From Octopus vulgaris (Eukaryota), in NCBI GenBank assembly GCA_951406725.2, contig OX597825.1:2046001-2110000 (forward strand): 64,000 nucleotides of DNA, given 5' to 3'. The position numbers were made by a program, and so were the translations under genes. Shown here one piece after another: positions 40,324 through 55,219 of the stretch. Positions within the stretch are counted from its first letter, which is position 1; each line of letters opens with the position of its first letter. Below the pieces are notes generated by a model. The model ran no database searches and was not told the origin of the DNA. It saw only the letters and a program-made list of their open reading frames with translations.

Positions 40324-42428
40324 ATTAAAAGACATATTTGCATGTACTAGACTTGCAGTGTCATGGACAATATGCCTCGCACATTATAGCTTATGTGTAG
40401 CCATATTTAGTTGTGTGTATTGTGAACACAGTATTGAAATGGTTGTGTCACGTTAGCTTTGAACTTCGAATCGAATATAAATTTCGGCAGCAATTTCTGA
40501 AAGTGATCCAAATGGGCACCAAATATCTACTGAAGCATGCTATAAGCGTTGCATCGTGACAACATTATTTTATCAGCTTTTATGAGATGGAGTATCTGAA
40601 AGACAGCACATAACATCGCAGAATTAATCAATCGTTGTGACTGGCTATTTTCCAGCAAAGATGATTGGCAATAAGAAATCCACGTGACTTATTCAACTTC
40701 CCGTTTATAATTTCTTGAGACTTGCGAGAATTGATGCATTTATTCCTTCTTCATTCCTTTGAAAATCTTTTCACAATATCACTTCACCCCTATTTCTTCT
40801 ATCAAATACTATTCATAGTAAATTCTCACAAGATCATTTATGCCAAATTTAACAAATTATATTCCGAGGAAAGAACATTATCTATTTCGCTTTCTAAAGA
40901 AAAGATGGGCTTATTCAAAATTGTAATAGACGAAAAATAACCGTGAATGCCTGCCATCCATTTATCAAGAATGTTACGAGCATTAAGAAGTTTACTGATC
41001 CGTATTTTGATAAACTAAGCAGCATATTTTCAGTTGAAAACTTAAGTGGCTTCGCTTAGATACCAAAGTGAGAGTTATTTGTAGTCGCAGAAAGAATTTC
41101 GGAAATATATCCTGGGAATTGGACTACTGAGAAAATGTAAAATTGTAATAAAAGACTGAATGCAGTTACATTCAATTGAAACTTTTCTCTGTATCTTAAA
41201 TTAAGATACGAAGAAACATCTGGAGGTGGTTTAAAAAAAAGCTAGAAACCTACGCGAAAACGTATTTACAAAGTTCTTAAAAACAACAAATAAATTTAAG
41301 ATTCAGAATGTGTTCTCTGTAAAAACCAACACTAAACATGGTAAGTTGAAAAATTAAAGAAATAACTAAATCTGAAAGCGATCAAGGATGAACAGTTCCC
41401 TCCGTGGACGTTTACCTTAATGACTAAAGAAACCGAACTGCGGCAAACGGCAAACTCACATCCGACTCTGGAAATAAGCGAGCTTCGGGGAGAAACTGAG
41501 GAATTAATAAATGCGTTTTATCCAAATATATTTTACAAGATTTATATCAATATTCTTCAAAGGAGTTAATGCACAATGGCAGTACAGTGTGAGGCCGGAA
41601 TGCGTAAGCGGTTTGATAAGGCAATCGGTCATATATTAGCTGTGCAACCTACACTGGCCTCGTCAGAATGTAATTGAAGATATATATTTATTGAGCTTAA
41701 ATGCGAGTAACTATCCAGGATCGATTAAATGAGTACCAGTGAGGCATTGGGTAAGAATATAATCAATTTTCTCTTCTCTAAAATATTTGCCTATGTTAAA
41801 TAATAGATTCATCGTCGTCATGATCGTTGTCCTCATCTTGATCCTCATCATCATGATGACTGGTACGTATTTCTCGCACAACACAACCTTTCCAAAGAAG
41901 TATTGAAATGTTTAATGTCTTTCGCGTTCTGTTTTCACTTGTTTCTATGTCAACTCAGTTTTCATTGGTTTCTTTATTGTTGGCGTGAGATGGTTTTCAG
42001 ATGATTTGCATTTATTTTCCCCATCTGCGTTCCAATGCAAGATTTACATTCCCGAATAAATTGCAGCACGCCAGTGGAGATAACCAACCTCTTAAATATT
42101 GACTCCTGCATGGTTTTGGTCGACACGTTTTCATGGTTTACATTTTACGAATATCTAATATTTAAGACCGTTTTCAGACGTCTATTAGGAAATATTTGAT
42201 ACAATTGAATGAAGACGAAAAACGATGCTTTGGCTGAAATGTTAGTTACCCCAAAACAATTACTTGAGCTACTTAGAAACGCTCCATTAAGATTTGAGTT
42301 CATGTCAGTCCTTGGTTTATTTTGCTTTTATCCTTCTGGTGTGGAATAAATAATTATTCGTCAAGTACTTTCTTCAATGAAATTATCTATAGTTATCTAT
42401 ACTTTATTCTAAGACATTGCGGCTTTTG

Positions 42429-42522
<94 letters not shown>

Positions 42523-42554
42523 TTATCTATATATATATATATATATGCATATTG

Positions 42555-42770
42555 CTTTCCAATTTTCGCACAATGATAGCAATTTTAGGGGTGGAGGAAA
42601 GTGGACTATTTCGACCGCAGGGTTCAAATGGTATTTGTTTTATCAACCGCTGAAGGATGAAAGTCAAAGTTGACCATGGTGGAATTTATATTCAGAAAGG
42701 AAAGATCCAGGCGCAATGCTGCTAAGCATTCTGTACGACGAGCTGACGATTCTCCTTGCTCGAAGCATTA
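42555..42770 (-). mobile_element. SINE family A, decayed
   Basis: aaggatgaaagtcaaagttgaccatggtggaattt...gacgattctcc. Confidence 0.7.
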
Positions 42771-43533
42771 GGAATTATATATGATAAAAAAAAAACACCT
42801 ACATATACTACGAGGTTACAACATAGTTTAATCTGTGAGGAAGAAAACAGAGGAAAGAAATAAGGAAAATAATAAATATATAGCTTTATTTTTCCAGAAA
42901 AACACTAGCTTAAATTTGAGACTAAAATAATTGTCAATTAAATACTGAAGTGTTGTATTCGGAATTTAGGATGAGATAAAATATATAAATAAAACACAAT
43001 TCCATACAGCAATAACATCTTGTTAACGTAATGATAACACGTGCCATTCTGTTCAAGTTGAATTCTGATTTGACTCTCAGTCAGTCATTTCGAAGAGTGA
43101 TACAAATCAATATGCCAGGAGTTCCATAAAGTTTTCAGCGCTAACTTCAACCAAAGAACGCATGTTTCCCTCTGTAAAATGTTATTCGAAGAATACAATT
43201 TCGAAAATAAATTAAAAAGAAAGCTAAAACATTGATATATAGGTTCCGGAAATGGTAGCAATACATCGTGACAAGTTGTTTAGGACATTGCAAATGAAAA
43301 AAATTTCTTCGGAAACGGAAATAGTTGCCAGTTTATTTTCATACTTTTTAAATATTCGTGAGGTCGCATATGTGGTAATTTTGTACGTTTTTGTTATCAA
43401 AATGTATTTTTTTTATTCTATGCAATTTTATTGCAAAAGTTTTTACTTTTTTTCATTTCATTTAGCAAAACCTAGTTTTATACAGATATACACATCATTC
43501 TATAACGAGACGAAGTCTAGATCTGATCTTCTG

Positions 43534-43594
<61 letters not shown>

Positions 43595-43834
43595 TCAGAT
43601 ACACACACACACACACACACATGTTTTATATATTAACTTTGAAAAATTAAGAATAGCTAATGAATTTTAGTACATTACTGAAATATGTATAATTTTAATT
43701 TCGTGTGGAATACATATAAAACGGAGACACACACACACACACGTACACTCACACATACACACACATTTATACATATATACGTACATACACACACTTATAT
43801 GTATGTACATATATGTATAAAAGATGATCCATCC

Positions 43835-43880
43835 AGCTATCCATCTATCTATCCATCAATCCATCCATATCTATCCATCC

Positions 43881-43926
<46 letters not shown>

Positions 43927-44029
43927 ATATCTGTCTGTCTGTCTGTCTATCTAACTATCTATCTATCTATCTATCTATATATATATATATATATATATAT
44001 GTCTGTCTGTCTGTCTGTCTGTATGTCTG

Positions 44030-44078
<49 letters not shown>

Positions 44079-44106
44079 ATATCTGTCTGTCTGTCTGTCT
44101 ATCTAA

Positions 44107-44166
<60 letters not shown>

Positions 44167-44175
44167 ATCTATATA

Positions 44176-44245
<70 letters not shown>

Positions 44246-44251
44246 CGTCTG

Positions 44252-44298
<47 letters not shown>

Positions 44299-44310
44299 AT
44301 CTATCTGTCT
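43835..44310. repeat. Compound (ATCT)n/(GTCT)n/(TA)n satellite
   Basis: Directly visible, with a higher-order duplication marked by ctgtctatctaactatct. Confidence 0.95.
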
Positions 44311-44370
44311 ATGTGTATATATTTTTGTACGCGCTTATATGTGTATGCGTGCTTCAGTATGTGCACTTCC

Positions 44371-44415
<45 letters not shown>

Positions 44416-45299
44416 TATCTATATCGTGTGTGCAACTGACACACGTCCATGTACATAACGGTTGGCGGAACTGTATCCGCGACCAGGTCACAATTGCAGG
44501 TCGAAAATTTTCATAAGTTAGGAAATAAAGTAAAAGTGCATCTAACACAATGTTGTAATTTGACAGGAGATAATATTACACTTAAATCACGAATTGCTCC
44601 AGTTGGGACTTGATCCTGAACAAGTTCACTCTTAGAGTTATTTGTAACGTGTAAGCGAGTACAACTTGTTGCATGCTTAAGCCGTCCGGGACTAAATGTG
44701 CAACCCTACTAAGCCTGCTTGGGGACGAGTAAGATTTCAACTGGTGACCCTCTAGGGCCCAAAACAAAAGCTTATGAAGGGGTGTAGGAAAGGAGTCGAA
44801 TCAACGGACATCCAACTGCTGGGAGTAAGAGATCGCTGATCTTTGCGTAGACGTCTTTCTCGGAGAAAAAAAAGAACCTGTGAAGCTACATGTGGAACAT
44901 TTGTTCGGAAAAATTAATTCTCTGTTTACAGAAATAGGCATCGCTTAATTTTTAACATTTCTATTAACGTCTCCTTTATGTGTTCAATACAAGGGTTGGC
45001 GGCAAGCAAGAAGGAGAACGAGACAAACTCTAAATAAAAAATTCCATGACGGAATGAAAGCATGTATGAAAGGCGTTGGTAAGGATTCTCATCAACTGTT
45101 TCAAGAGACACTCATCCATACCACATGTGGGAAAAAATAAAATGTAAGTATTTAGTAGGACCACATAAAGAGAACAGTAAAGCGATGACATTTCAGCTAT
45201 CGTGTATTACATATACATGTACATAAATACACACATATATACGTACATATAGAACACATATAAAGGAGGCTCACGAGCCGCATGCGACTCTTTGTTAAT

Positions 45300-45490
45300 A
45301 TGTGAGCTGTGAGAATCGTTAGCAGGCTGGGCAAATTGATTAGCGGCATTTCCCTTGTTTTTAGCTTTTAATTCCAAATCCTGCTGTTGTTAACTTTGCC
45401 TTTAATCCTTTCACACTGGATTAAATAAGGCGATATAACCGACTTAACCATCCCCTAAAATTGCTGGCCTTGAGCTGAAATGTGAAACCA
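45300..45490 (+). mobile_element. SINE family A, decayed
   Basis: gagaatcgttagcaggctgggc...aactttgcctttaatcctttc...ttgctggccttg. Confidence 0.7.
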
Positions 45491-46499
45491 GTACGAAGCT
45501 CTTTGGCCATTAATCTATGTGGTTTGTGGAAATAAGTTGGCTGACCTTTTCTTATCATAGTTAATAAGAGAATTTATCTTTATAAGTATTTATTGGGCAT
45601 GAACTGTCAACAGTGTGATGCGGAGGAAACATCTTTTCTTATCTTTGCTGGAAGAGGGAACGTTGTTCCACCATTATTTCAAATAAACCTAAATATAAAT
45701 TGATGATAAATCTTTACATTTCCGCCACCACGACTCTCATTCAAGCTGTAACCTCATGTATATGAGGATTTGTCGTTTGCATGTGGGTTGTTATTTTTAA
45801 CAGATTCCATCAAAGCACAATACGGTGTGACACACACGCTTAAAAGTGACAACAAATGAGAAATTCCACTACTTTCTACATAACTGTTCTCACTACTGCC
45901 ATTGTGCAATTAACTCCTTTGAATAATATTGATATAGTTTATTAAAACAACAATTTGTATTAGTTTATTTCTTGTTGGCGCTCCAGTCCCCTGTTAGAGC
46001 AATGAGCAACGGTAACCTTTCTATACGATAACTCTAGATCTGTACGAGGCATCGTTCTTTGGTGCAGACGATAGGAATGGTGGCAAGCGAAACGAATAAT
46101 GAAATTTTAGGTCAACAAGGTTTACAGAAGCATATCAGAAAATTGAGCTCATGGACTAATGTTAAGAAGTTGTGTGTGTGTGTGTGATGGAGTGATACTG
46201 GTCACAGATAGCTCTATGTGTTTATCTCGAGCCGCTTTCTTTGTATGTACATTAAGGTAGTGTAGTGTAAGCTGGTTGCTAGAATTAGAATTTGGTTTCA
46301 AGATTTGTTTACAAGTGTCTTGGAAAACTTTGCGTTGGAAGGTAGCATCATGAAATTGTAAGACTCTGAAATATGACCATGAAAACAAAAACGATAAGCC
46401 GGAGTGGGCGGAAGGCTTTGCATTCACCGCTAAAGGATGTAAACGTTTGTGCCTTATCTACCTTATGTCAGTTAGTGATTACAAACCTACTTAAACACT

Positions 46500-47100
46500 C
46501 CTATGAAACAAAATCACAATAAATTTTCGCATGATTATTCACCTAAATCAGAAGTTAACTGTGCCGAAATCATCGCTAAAGTAGCCAGCAGACATTGTTG
46601 ACAAAGTGAAGCAAGAAAGACGATGCAACGACTAAAGCCAGTTTTCTTATATATCATGCGATATTATTTGTGCTGAACGCTCATATTTTGATAGTACTTT
46701 AAGATAAATATTGCTGACGATGTTGCACTTTTAGATCCAAATAACACCAAACTTCAGCGATTAATAGCGCAAACACCTGTTTCGCACGACGACTCTGAAG
46801 AGGTGTGTCTGTCAGACTGGTGCCGATACTGCAAGAAAAGTGTAAAATCGTTTAGAAGATTTTCTTTTAATCTGTTTAATGATTGACGACTCCACGACTG
46901 GCTGCCTTTGTGCGTTATATTTGTTTGACGTAATTGTGACAGAAGAGACGTGGAATTAAATGAAATACCTCGTAGTGTTGGCATAAAAAAATACTGATGT
47001 TCCATTGAATAAATTGTCTGTTACATAAAATGTGGGTTCCTACAGTGGTCGGAGAAAAATGCAGGATTAATTATTTCACACATGAAGAGTGATTTTAGCT
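46500..47100 (+). pseudogene. Highly decayed LINE reverse transcriptase (RTE-like)
   Basis: VKQ.. followed by IADDVALLD..NTKLQRL (YADD-box context) near 46670. Confidence 0.45.
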
Positions 47101-47899
47101 TTCTAGAGTTTCTCTCTGTCATTGAATTATTGAGCATGAACACTTGATAGTCAGATAATCCAAGTATGAATAGGCTATGAATACTGGCTTAAAAATTGTG
47201 GTTCTGAGTTGTGTACGCTTAAAAGAGAAGACCCAGCTGTAATTCAGAAATATTATTGACGAACTGGAACTTGAAAATAAAATCAGTGACGCATCTTTTG
47301 CATTACGAGATGGCAATCAACCAATAATGTTTTCAGGAGGTTCATGGATCTCTTGAAGCCTATTCTAACATTTCCTAAAGAAGAGTTAGATTCTACCTCC
47401 GTTTCGAAAGTGATGAACAGATACAAGATCTGATGTTTACTGATATAATGAATCAGTTGTGGACTCTCTAACTGACATCACAGCGGAAGTATAAGATTAT
47501 TTCTCAGATCTTACTCAGACAGTGTTCAACTTTTAGAGTCAGATAAAAACTGTTTAAAGAGACACACTTTCACGATATTTCAGTCAGTTTCCAAATCTCA
47601 GAAAGAATGTAAGGCCAGTCCTGACCTTCCTGATTATCATTATGCTATGACTAGAGAATGGTGTTGCGGTTTTACATTACGTATCATTCCTGTGCAAATT
47701 GAGACACGCAGATGTAATGTATCCTTTCTCCTTTTATTATTCAGTAGAAAATCTTAGTGATATCAAATAGATGTCATTGCTGAGAGAATGTGGATTTCAG
47801 ACAATTTGAAGTTAGAAAAGCTGAATGCACCCCAGGGAAGTATGTTCATATACGTTGCTCTACAATGTTGTATGTCTCTTCTACCCTTCACATGCTCAA

Positions 47900-48230
47900 T
47901 TAGAGCGATTGCATGTTGTTTGAAGAAAAATAGGCCAGCTTTGGTAACTTGTAATGAAGTGGTGATGCATCGTGATAAGCCCTACTCTGCACAAATTGCA
48001 CCGAAGTACTTGGCTGCGATATTTTTCGGACTTCGCTCATTTTGATTACCGATTGTATCGAAGCGTACCGAATCATTTGAAGGGATTAGAGTTCAAAAGC
48101 CCCACAGAGGTCGAAACTGACTTCTCTTCCTTCTTCTCACCAAAATCAAAATATTTTTTCACCGGTAGAATTAAATATCAGAGGCGTAGTTAAACAACGC
48201 CATCGATATATATATATTACATGTGGGTGT
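47900..48230 (+). pseudogene. Mariner transposase C-terminal remnant
   Basis: YFSDFAHFDYRLYRSVPNHLKGLEFKSPTEVETDFSSFFSPKSKYFF resembles YSPDLAPSDYHLFRSLQNHL. Confidence 0.8.
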
Positions 48231-48488
48231 ATGGGTATGTATGAATACACATTTATGTATTGAGAAAAAGAGATAGGTGCATATGTATGTATGTATATAT
48301 ATATAATTTTTTTTACCGTGTTAATTGTTAACAACGAAAAAATACACACATCTATTTATATATACAGATATAAATATACATATATATGTGTGTGTATGTG
48401 TGTATGTATGTGTGTGTGTGTGTGTGTTTGTCTCTTCCACCATCACTTGATAACTGATGTTGGTGCTTTTACGTCTTCTTAACCTAGA

Positions 48489-48531
48489 CACCTGATGAAG
48501 GCTGGCGGGTACATCAGCCGAAACATTTGTG
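48489..48531 (+). ncRNA. Minimal hammerhead ribozyme, stem III mutated
   Basis: CAC-CTGATGA-A-GGCTG-gcgggtacat-CAGCC-GAAAC-ATTT-GTG. Confidence 0.7.
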
Positions 48532-48696
48532 GTAACAACACGATGAGGACAAATATCCATCAAATGTATATTTTATTTTTTTAAATTTTATTTTATCTAG
48601 TTTCAGCTCACGAGCTGTGGCCATGCTGGTGCACCGGCATTATAATGTAAATAATGTACATAATTCCTCACCTCTTAAATATATATATATATATAT

Positions 48697-48849
48697 AGGC
48701 GTAGGAGTGGCTGTGTGGTAAGTAGCTTGCTAACCAACCACATGGTTCCGGGTTCAGTCCCACTGCGTGGCATCTTGGGCAAGTGTCTTCTACTATAGCC
48801 CCGGGCCGACCAGCATGGCCGCAGTCAAATGACTGAAACAAGTAAAAGA

Positions 48850-48856
<7 letters not shown>
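48697..48856 (+). mobile_element. SINE family B head fused to an inverted SINE family C end
   Basis: aggcgtaggagtggctgtgtggtaag...ggttcagtcccac...gggccgac, then cagcatggccgcagtcaaatgactgaaacaagtaaaag (reverse complement of 62260-62300). Confidence 0.85.
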
Positions 48857-48914
<58 letters not shown>

Positions 48915-48917
<3 letters not shown>

Positions 48918-49100
48918 ATATATAATTCTATCAAGGGCGAAAACGACCTGTCCCCAGCATGCCTGGAGTGTCGATATCTTAAGTGCCATCAATGATGGTA
49001 ATTTTTTGGTAGTTTCTGGTAGTTTTTTGAAGATATTGGCACTTCAGGGATGCTGGAGACATGTCGTTTTTGCCCGATCTCCGTTGATATAATTATATAC
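48915..49100. mobile_element. Foldback MITE with ~50-bp inverted arms
   Basis: gggcgaaaacgacctgtccccagcatgcctggagtgtcgatatctt / aagatattggcacttcagggatgctggagacatgtcgtttttgccc. Confidence 0.8.
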
Positions 49101-49293
49101 AGATGTACATTATTATCAATTTAATGTATTAATTGCCTATAGATTTTTATGGTATGCTGACAACTTGGTGAAAATCATTAACGTGATTTTATATATATAT
49201 ATAATTTTAGATATAGGGTAAAGATTAGATATTATTTTTTTTTTACCAGTGGTCAGCGTGCGTAAAAATGTCCATAAACTGCAAATATTATAG

Positions 49294-49528
49294 TTTATGT
49301 GTGTACAAGAGTTATGTACTGAGGGAAAGCTACTAAGTGGTTTTCCATCACACTAGAAATGGGAGCTAAATTCCAAACCACGAAGAAGCTATTCTTATTC
49401 TGGTCTACATTCAACGTGCCAAAATAAGAATAGATATTTCGTGGTTTGGGATTTGACTCGGATTTCTAGCGTGATGAAAAACCACTTAGAGGCTTTCCTT
49501 CAGTCTATCACTCTTATACACACATAAA
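49294..49528. repeat. Long hairpin with ~110-bp arms and ~15-nt loop
   Basis: The left arm tttatgtgtgtacaagag...ctattcttattctgg aligns along its whole length to the reverse complement of the right arm. Confidence 0.9.
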
Positions 49529-50085
49529 TGTATATATATATATATGAATACACATGCACATGTATACACACAGGGGGTGCGGGCGCGCAAACACACACCT
49601 AAATCGATATTACTCCAAAGTAGCAGTACAGATTTGAAGTATAAAAATGTTCAAAATGCACAGAGGATAAACGGGGATTTATTTACATTTAAATGTATAT
49701 ATATACATATATATATATATGTATATGCCACGTGTGTGTCTGCGTGCGAGTGAATATATATCTATATAAATGAATGCAAGCCCTCCAATATGTGCGTGTG
49801 TGTAATTCGTTTATGTAAACACATTCTCGTACACTGATACAGCAGTTCTATGAATAGCGGCAGCATAATTCTCATTAATAGATTTATAATTCTGTCGTAA
49901 TTGGATGGAGAAAACTTACAACGAGCGTCAACAGTGAGCGAGGAGACCGAGAAAGGAAGATAATTCCAAGGAATTGAGTTGTAATTTCACACAAAGTCAT
50001 CTGCTTCCTAAAGGAAAAGTCTAGCTTTATCACTAGTATATACATACACGTATACATCCATCCATACATATATATATTTATATAC

Positions 50086-50120
<35 letters not shown>

Positions 50121-50162
50121 ATGATATGTGTGTATGTATTTTTAAAATGATATCTATCTGAG

Positions 50163-50281
<119 letters not shown>

Positions 50282-50288
50282 ATGTGTA

Positions 50289-50345
<57 letters not shown>

Positions 50346-50346
<1 letters not shown>

Positions 50347-50518
50347 GTCACTAAAGTACCAGAGAGTACAAAGTGATACTAGTATACCAGTATTGCTAGA
50401 AATAAGAATCAAAACGACTCATTAGCCACCAAAGCACTATCTCTGTGGCTAATGAGTTTTTAAAATTCTTATTTCTAGCAATACTGGCACTACTTTCTAC
50501 ACTGTCACTTTAATGATG
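50346..50518. repeat. Hairpin / foldback element
   Basis: ccagtattgctagaaataagaat..actcattagccac / gtggctaatgagt..attcttatttctagcaatactgg, plus weaker outer arms. Confidence 0.85.
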
Positions 50519-50570
50519 CCTATAAATTTGCCTTTAGTTTTTTTTTAATTGCTAATATTCCACCCACATT

Positions 50571-50637
<67 letters not shown>

Positions 50638-51519
50638 TCATACAATGTATTCCACACACCTAGTTCCGCACATGTGTAATAGGGTCAAACTCGCAAATGT
50701 ACAGCTTTTGGATGTATCATTGAACACAGCAAGTTTAGATTAGAGAGGAAGTGAGTTCTTCAATTCTTCAAAGGCTAAGGAAATGTGTGTATAAAATTAA
50801 TTACCATTTTTCTAGAAGTAACGCACACGTTAATTCTTTAAAACTTAATTACGGTTATTCAGAAATGAGATCAGTATTTTCCCTTGCAAAAGTAGTGAAA
50901 AAAGAACAACTAAAGTTAGATACACGGAAGTGAAAGTGACACCGCATAGATAAAGGCAGGAAGTAAGAGCATACAAATAGTAAGAACTGAAAGTGTGGGA
51001 AGGATTAAGCACGACTGTGCGAATCATAAAGGACTGAGAGAGCGATAATAATGTGAATAAATGTTCAAGGGATGATGGGAAAATGGAAGGAAAAGACTAC
51101 GGAGGGACAAAGCAAAGACGACGAAGAAAGAAAAATTAATAATGTCAATTCCACCTGGTGGCTTGAACTATTATCTGAGAAAGTATTTCCGCTTATGTAA
51201 GCAAGGTGAATATCCCGGACTTCCTCGCTAAACCCGGTCCACATCTACCACCATTGAAATAATCTCTCATACTCTCCAATGGCCAACGTCTAATGTAATT
51301 GGTACTCTTTTCCTTGAGGTACGGACAGTGGTGGTCACAGGAACGTCGTCGACTCCATTGTTTCGTCTGTCCTCATTTCACGCAGTCGGCCCCGTCCACC
51401 TTCACTGACATTTTCCAACACTTCCATTATTACTTTTACGATGTTTGCTGTGTTCATCTAGAGATATTAAATCTGAACATCAGCCGAGCGTAAACCTATG
51501 CCTTACGCGAAACTATGAG

Positions 51520-51550
<31 letters not shown>

Positions 51551-52250
51551 ACACACACACACAACAACAAATGTTCTGATTCAATGAATGGGCAGACTAA
51601 AATCCAAAGAAAACTCAATAGAATTTCTGTAGGAATCTGTAGAATGTATATTTAGTGAATACCTTGTTTGCTTCAGCAAAACAGTGCACTTTTAGGAATT
51701 TCAATGTCTCACAAGAAACGGATAATGTTTTAAGTCTGTAGACGGAGGAAAAATAGTTCAGAAATCTCCTGTGCGACTCCTAAAACAACTTCGAATATAT
51801 CACAGTTGGAATTAAGAATGGTAGAACAAAGAAACGTGTTCTCCCAGGAAAATGACGCAAAAGAATCTATGTGAGTATGTGCGTGAGTGAAAATATATAT
51901 AATAAGACTGATAAATGTTGAATGCAAACATACGTGGTGTGTCACACTCATGTCCGACCGTCACAACGACATTCTGATGCACAGATATACGCAAACACTT
52001 ACTATTGTAATCATTAAATAGAGAAAGAAGTAGAAAAACGGCCAGAGACATAAATACTGCGTTTTTCGATTGCGTTAATAATGTACTTTCAACATTCAGG
52101 TTGACACTTGAATATGGGAATACGAATATGTGTCAGTGTATATGTGTATGTGTGAGTGAGTGTGCGTGCGAGCGTGTGTGGTTGTGTGTGTATGTACGTG
52201 CGTGCGTGTGTGTGTTTGCGTGTCTATGTAAGTGTGTGCTCGTTATGTAT

Positions 52251-52286
<36 letters not shown>

Positions 52287-52287
52287 T

Positions 52288-52477
52288 TTTCTTTATTGCC
52301 CACAAGGGGCTAGATATAAAGGGGACAAACAAGGACAGACAAAGGGATAAATCGATTATATTGACCCCAGTGCGTAACTGGTACTTTATTTATCGACCCC
52401 GAAAGGATGAAATGCAAAGTCTACCTCGGCGGAATTTGAACTCACAACGTAATGACAGACGAAATACGGCTACGCAT
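52288..52477 (-). mobile_element. SINE family A with complete 3' tail
   Basis: tttctttattgcccacaaggggctag..ggggacaaacaaggacagacaaa...cctcggcggaatttgaactc. Confidence 0.9.
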
Positions 52478-55134
52478 TTAGTTCACAAGTCATCTAAAAC
52501 CAAATCTATAAATTCCGCAAGAACTTTCTTGACAATTGACAACCTAATACAGTGTAGAGATTGAGGAGGAAACATCGGGGTCATATTAGACAATTCTGGT
52601 CAGCTTGGATACAAGATGATACTACGGAATAGTGCCAGAATTTTCAACCTTTCCACACCTTCTTCGGATATATCGTATGTTTCCGTCTCAGGATTATTTC
52701 GATTTACCTTCAGATGAGTAACCAGGACTGATTCGCGTCGTTAGTTTATCATTGATATAGGTTTTCACATTAGTTGAGCACGAATATGTAATTTTTATCG
52801 TGTTCCTGTTAAATACGTTCACCTTTCTGATGTGCGTTATTCTGAATATACAGCTCAAATTATGTGTAGTTAATTTGTATGATTTCTTTTGAAGAGTTCA
52901 TACGATATTCAGCAGGTTCTATTTCTCCAACTTCTGAAAATAGCGAAATTATTTTAGAAATCTGAGAAATTCTATTTTTCAATTAATTAGCAAGTAGAAA
53001 TTAAAAGTATAGAATTCACCCTGCAATGTTTACATAAATGAATATTACAGATCTATTTCTTTCACCCATGTCAAACATGTCAGTCTAGTAATAGAGTCTT
53101 TGCGTGAGTAGCTTGATCAACTAAAATCCCCAAATTTATCTGACAAACTATACATTCCATTCTCTTACAAAGGACACAATGAAAAATACCGTCCAAGGAA
53201 TAAAGCAGAAAAAAAAACGATAATTTTATCGTGAATGCCTTGAATTCTATGTCTTCTTGATCAGAGCTGACTTGAGTTTAAACATTAATCAAGCAACAAT
53301 CACAAGAAGAAGAAATGAAAAACAGATAATCTCAGGACTGAAATATATCTTTCTGTCTATTTTACCTTTTTTTTATTTTTAAATGTTGTATCCTTTTGTC
53401 CTCGTGAGTGGCAGTCACAACGAGGCTGGTTTTATTTCCATTCCATCGTCTTCATAACAATGATGCTACAGATTTGTTGATATCATATCTCGCATAAATA
53501 GGTCCGAGGGATTAACTTCATTTTCTAATTTTGACATCCATTACAATGATGCGTGCTTATCTACTCCACTTGTCATGCATTTTATACATTGGTCAGGAGT
53601 CAGTTTATCAATCTACTGTCTTCCAAGTAAGATCCTAATTACCCTTTTTTTTTTGTAAAATCAACGTTTAGGGTACCGTGCACACAACAAATAACTTTGA
53701 TTGTAAAATGTTTCCATGGTACATTCCCAGTTATTTCAAACTTACCTGACACATGTAGTTAATAGTTTTTTTCACGCACCAACATTGTCAGTGACATTGT
53801 TTTAAGTAACAACACGCAGTCTATGATTGAGGAGTGAAAAACCACATCATAAGCATTTCGTTATCAACCAAGATTTTTTCCAAGTTTGTATGGCTTCTCA
53901 TTGAATCGTTCAGTATCATCGTGTGTACAGAAATTGATTTTTAGGTCCATCACTCTATCTTCTACATCTTTCCCGCCTCTGCTTCCAGATATTATAGTCC
54001 ACCGTGATACCGGTCAAAATATTTACATCAGAAAAGAGCATACTAGGCGCAACATGGTTAACATTATTTTTGTTTATGGCGAGTCTGTTAACACCGAAAA
54101 TTCGTCCGTGTATGAATCATGTAGGTCACTCCTCACTACTTAATATACAATTCCAAAGATAATCTCTCTTGTAAGGATTTCAATTCCTGTAACTAATACC
54201 ACTGAATGCCATCAGGGTTTTGAGCGCTCCAATTATTCATTTTACTACACTGCATATTTACCATCACTCTTGCACACACATACTTCCTTGCTTGTTGATT
54301 TATTGTTATCGTCTTGTTCTAAAAGAGTTCTTGCTTTCCCACTCCACTTGTGATGTCTTACAAGTCTCATTCATTTTCCACACTTTGGCTGTCTTTATCA
54401 AACAGTTGATTTCAGTTACATTGTCTTAGATAATTCCATTGCTTTTACGGTTACCTTTTCTAGTTTATCACTATTAATCCTTTCAGTGAACTGAACAGTT
54501 TTCCTCGTCACGTTTTGAATTCTTCGCAAAATCTATCGCAACCATTCAAAGGATATGTTTCTTCTCTCTTCCACCACCATCTAAAATCAACCTAATTCTC
54601 CTTTACCTGAAAACAACCACTTCTTCATTCGCTTCCACTTCACTTCTCCACTCTGTGTTTCTACTTACGATGTTTTGCTGATTAAATGACAAAGGCTCAC
54701 GTCAGTAATACACCAAGTTACCATCGTTTTGTCAGAAAGTCTTCGCTCGAACATAGCTTTTATCTTTTATGGTTTACTCGTCATGCTGGGGCACCGCCTT
54801 GAAGAATATTTAGTCGAATGTATCAGTACTTATTTGTTTTAAATTTCGCTAAATTACAGGGACGTAAGCGAATGGTCCACTCTAGGTATGCGCCTGTAGA
54901 TTGGTGATTAAAGGGGTCGTATATTTGGTGGCCGGTGTAATCTTAGGACAGGTCTAGTTGAAGTTTATCCTGTATCAGTAAGACTGCATCATTCATGTTA
55001 TCACATACTTTGTATGCTAAGTATCTATTTATCGCATTTCACTTTCTTCCGTTCCTTTATGTAAACACCGCACAAATTGTTGTCCGTCCTTGTGATGTAC
55101 CCATCATCCATAGCCCCGTGTCTAATAAAATGAA

Positions 55135-55219
55135 TTCTTCTTCTTCTTCGTTCTTCTTCTTCTTCTTCTTCTTCTTCTTCTTCTTCTTCTTCTTCTTCTT
55201 CTTCTTCTTCTTCTTCTTC
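55135..55219. repeat. (TTC)n microsatellite
   Basis: Directly visible. Confidence 0.95.

Noticed and set aside
41575-41670. CTGACGA-GGCC...GGCC on the minus strand
   Set aside because: No GAAA or NUH follows the stem, so it is not a hammerhead. Other isolated CTGAnGA hits (about 1579, 26176, 27686, 38331, 39713) were rejected for the same reason.
53950-54680. Faint RTE-like RT remnants here and at ~51200-51500, ~55450-55900 and ~59150-59850
   Set aside because: Too decayed to read diagnostic motifs with confidence by eye.
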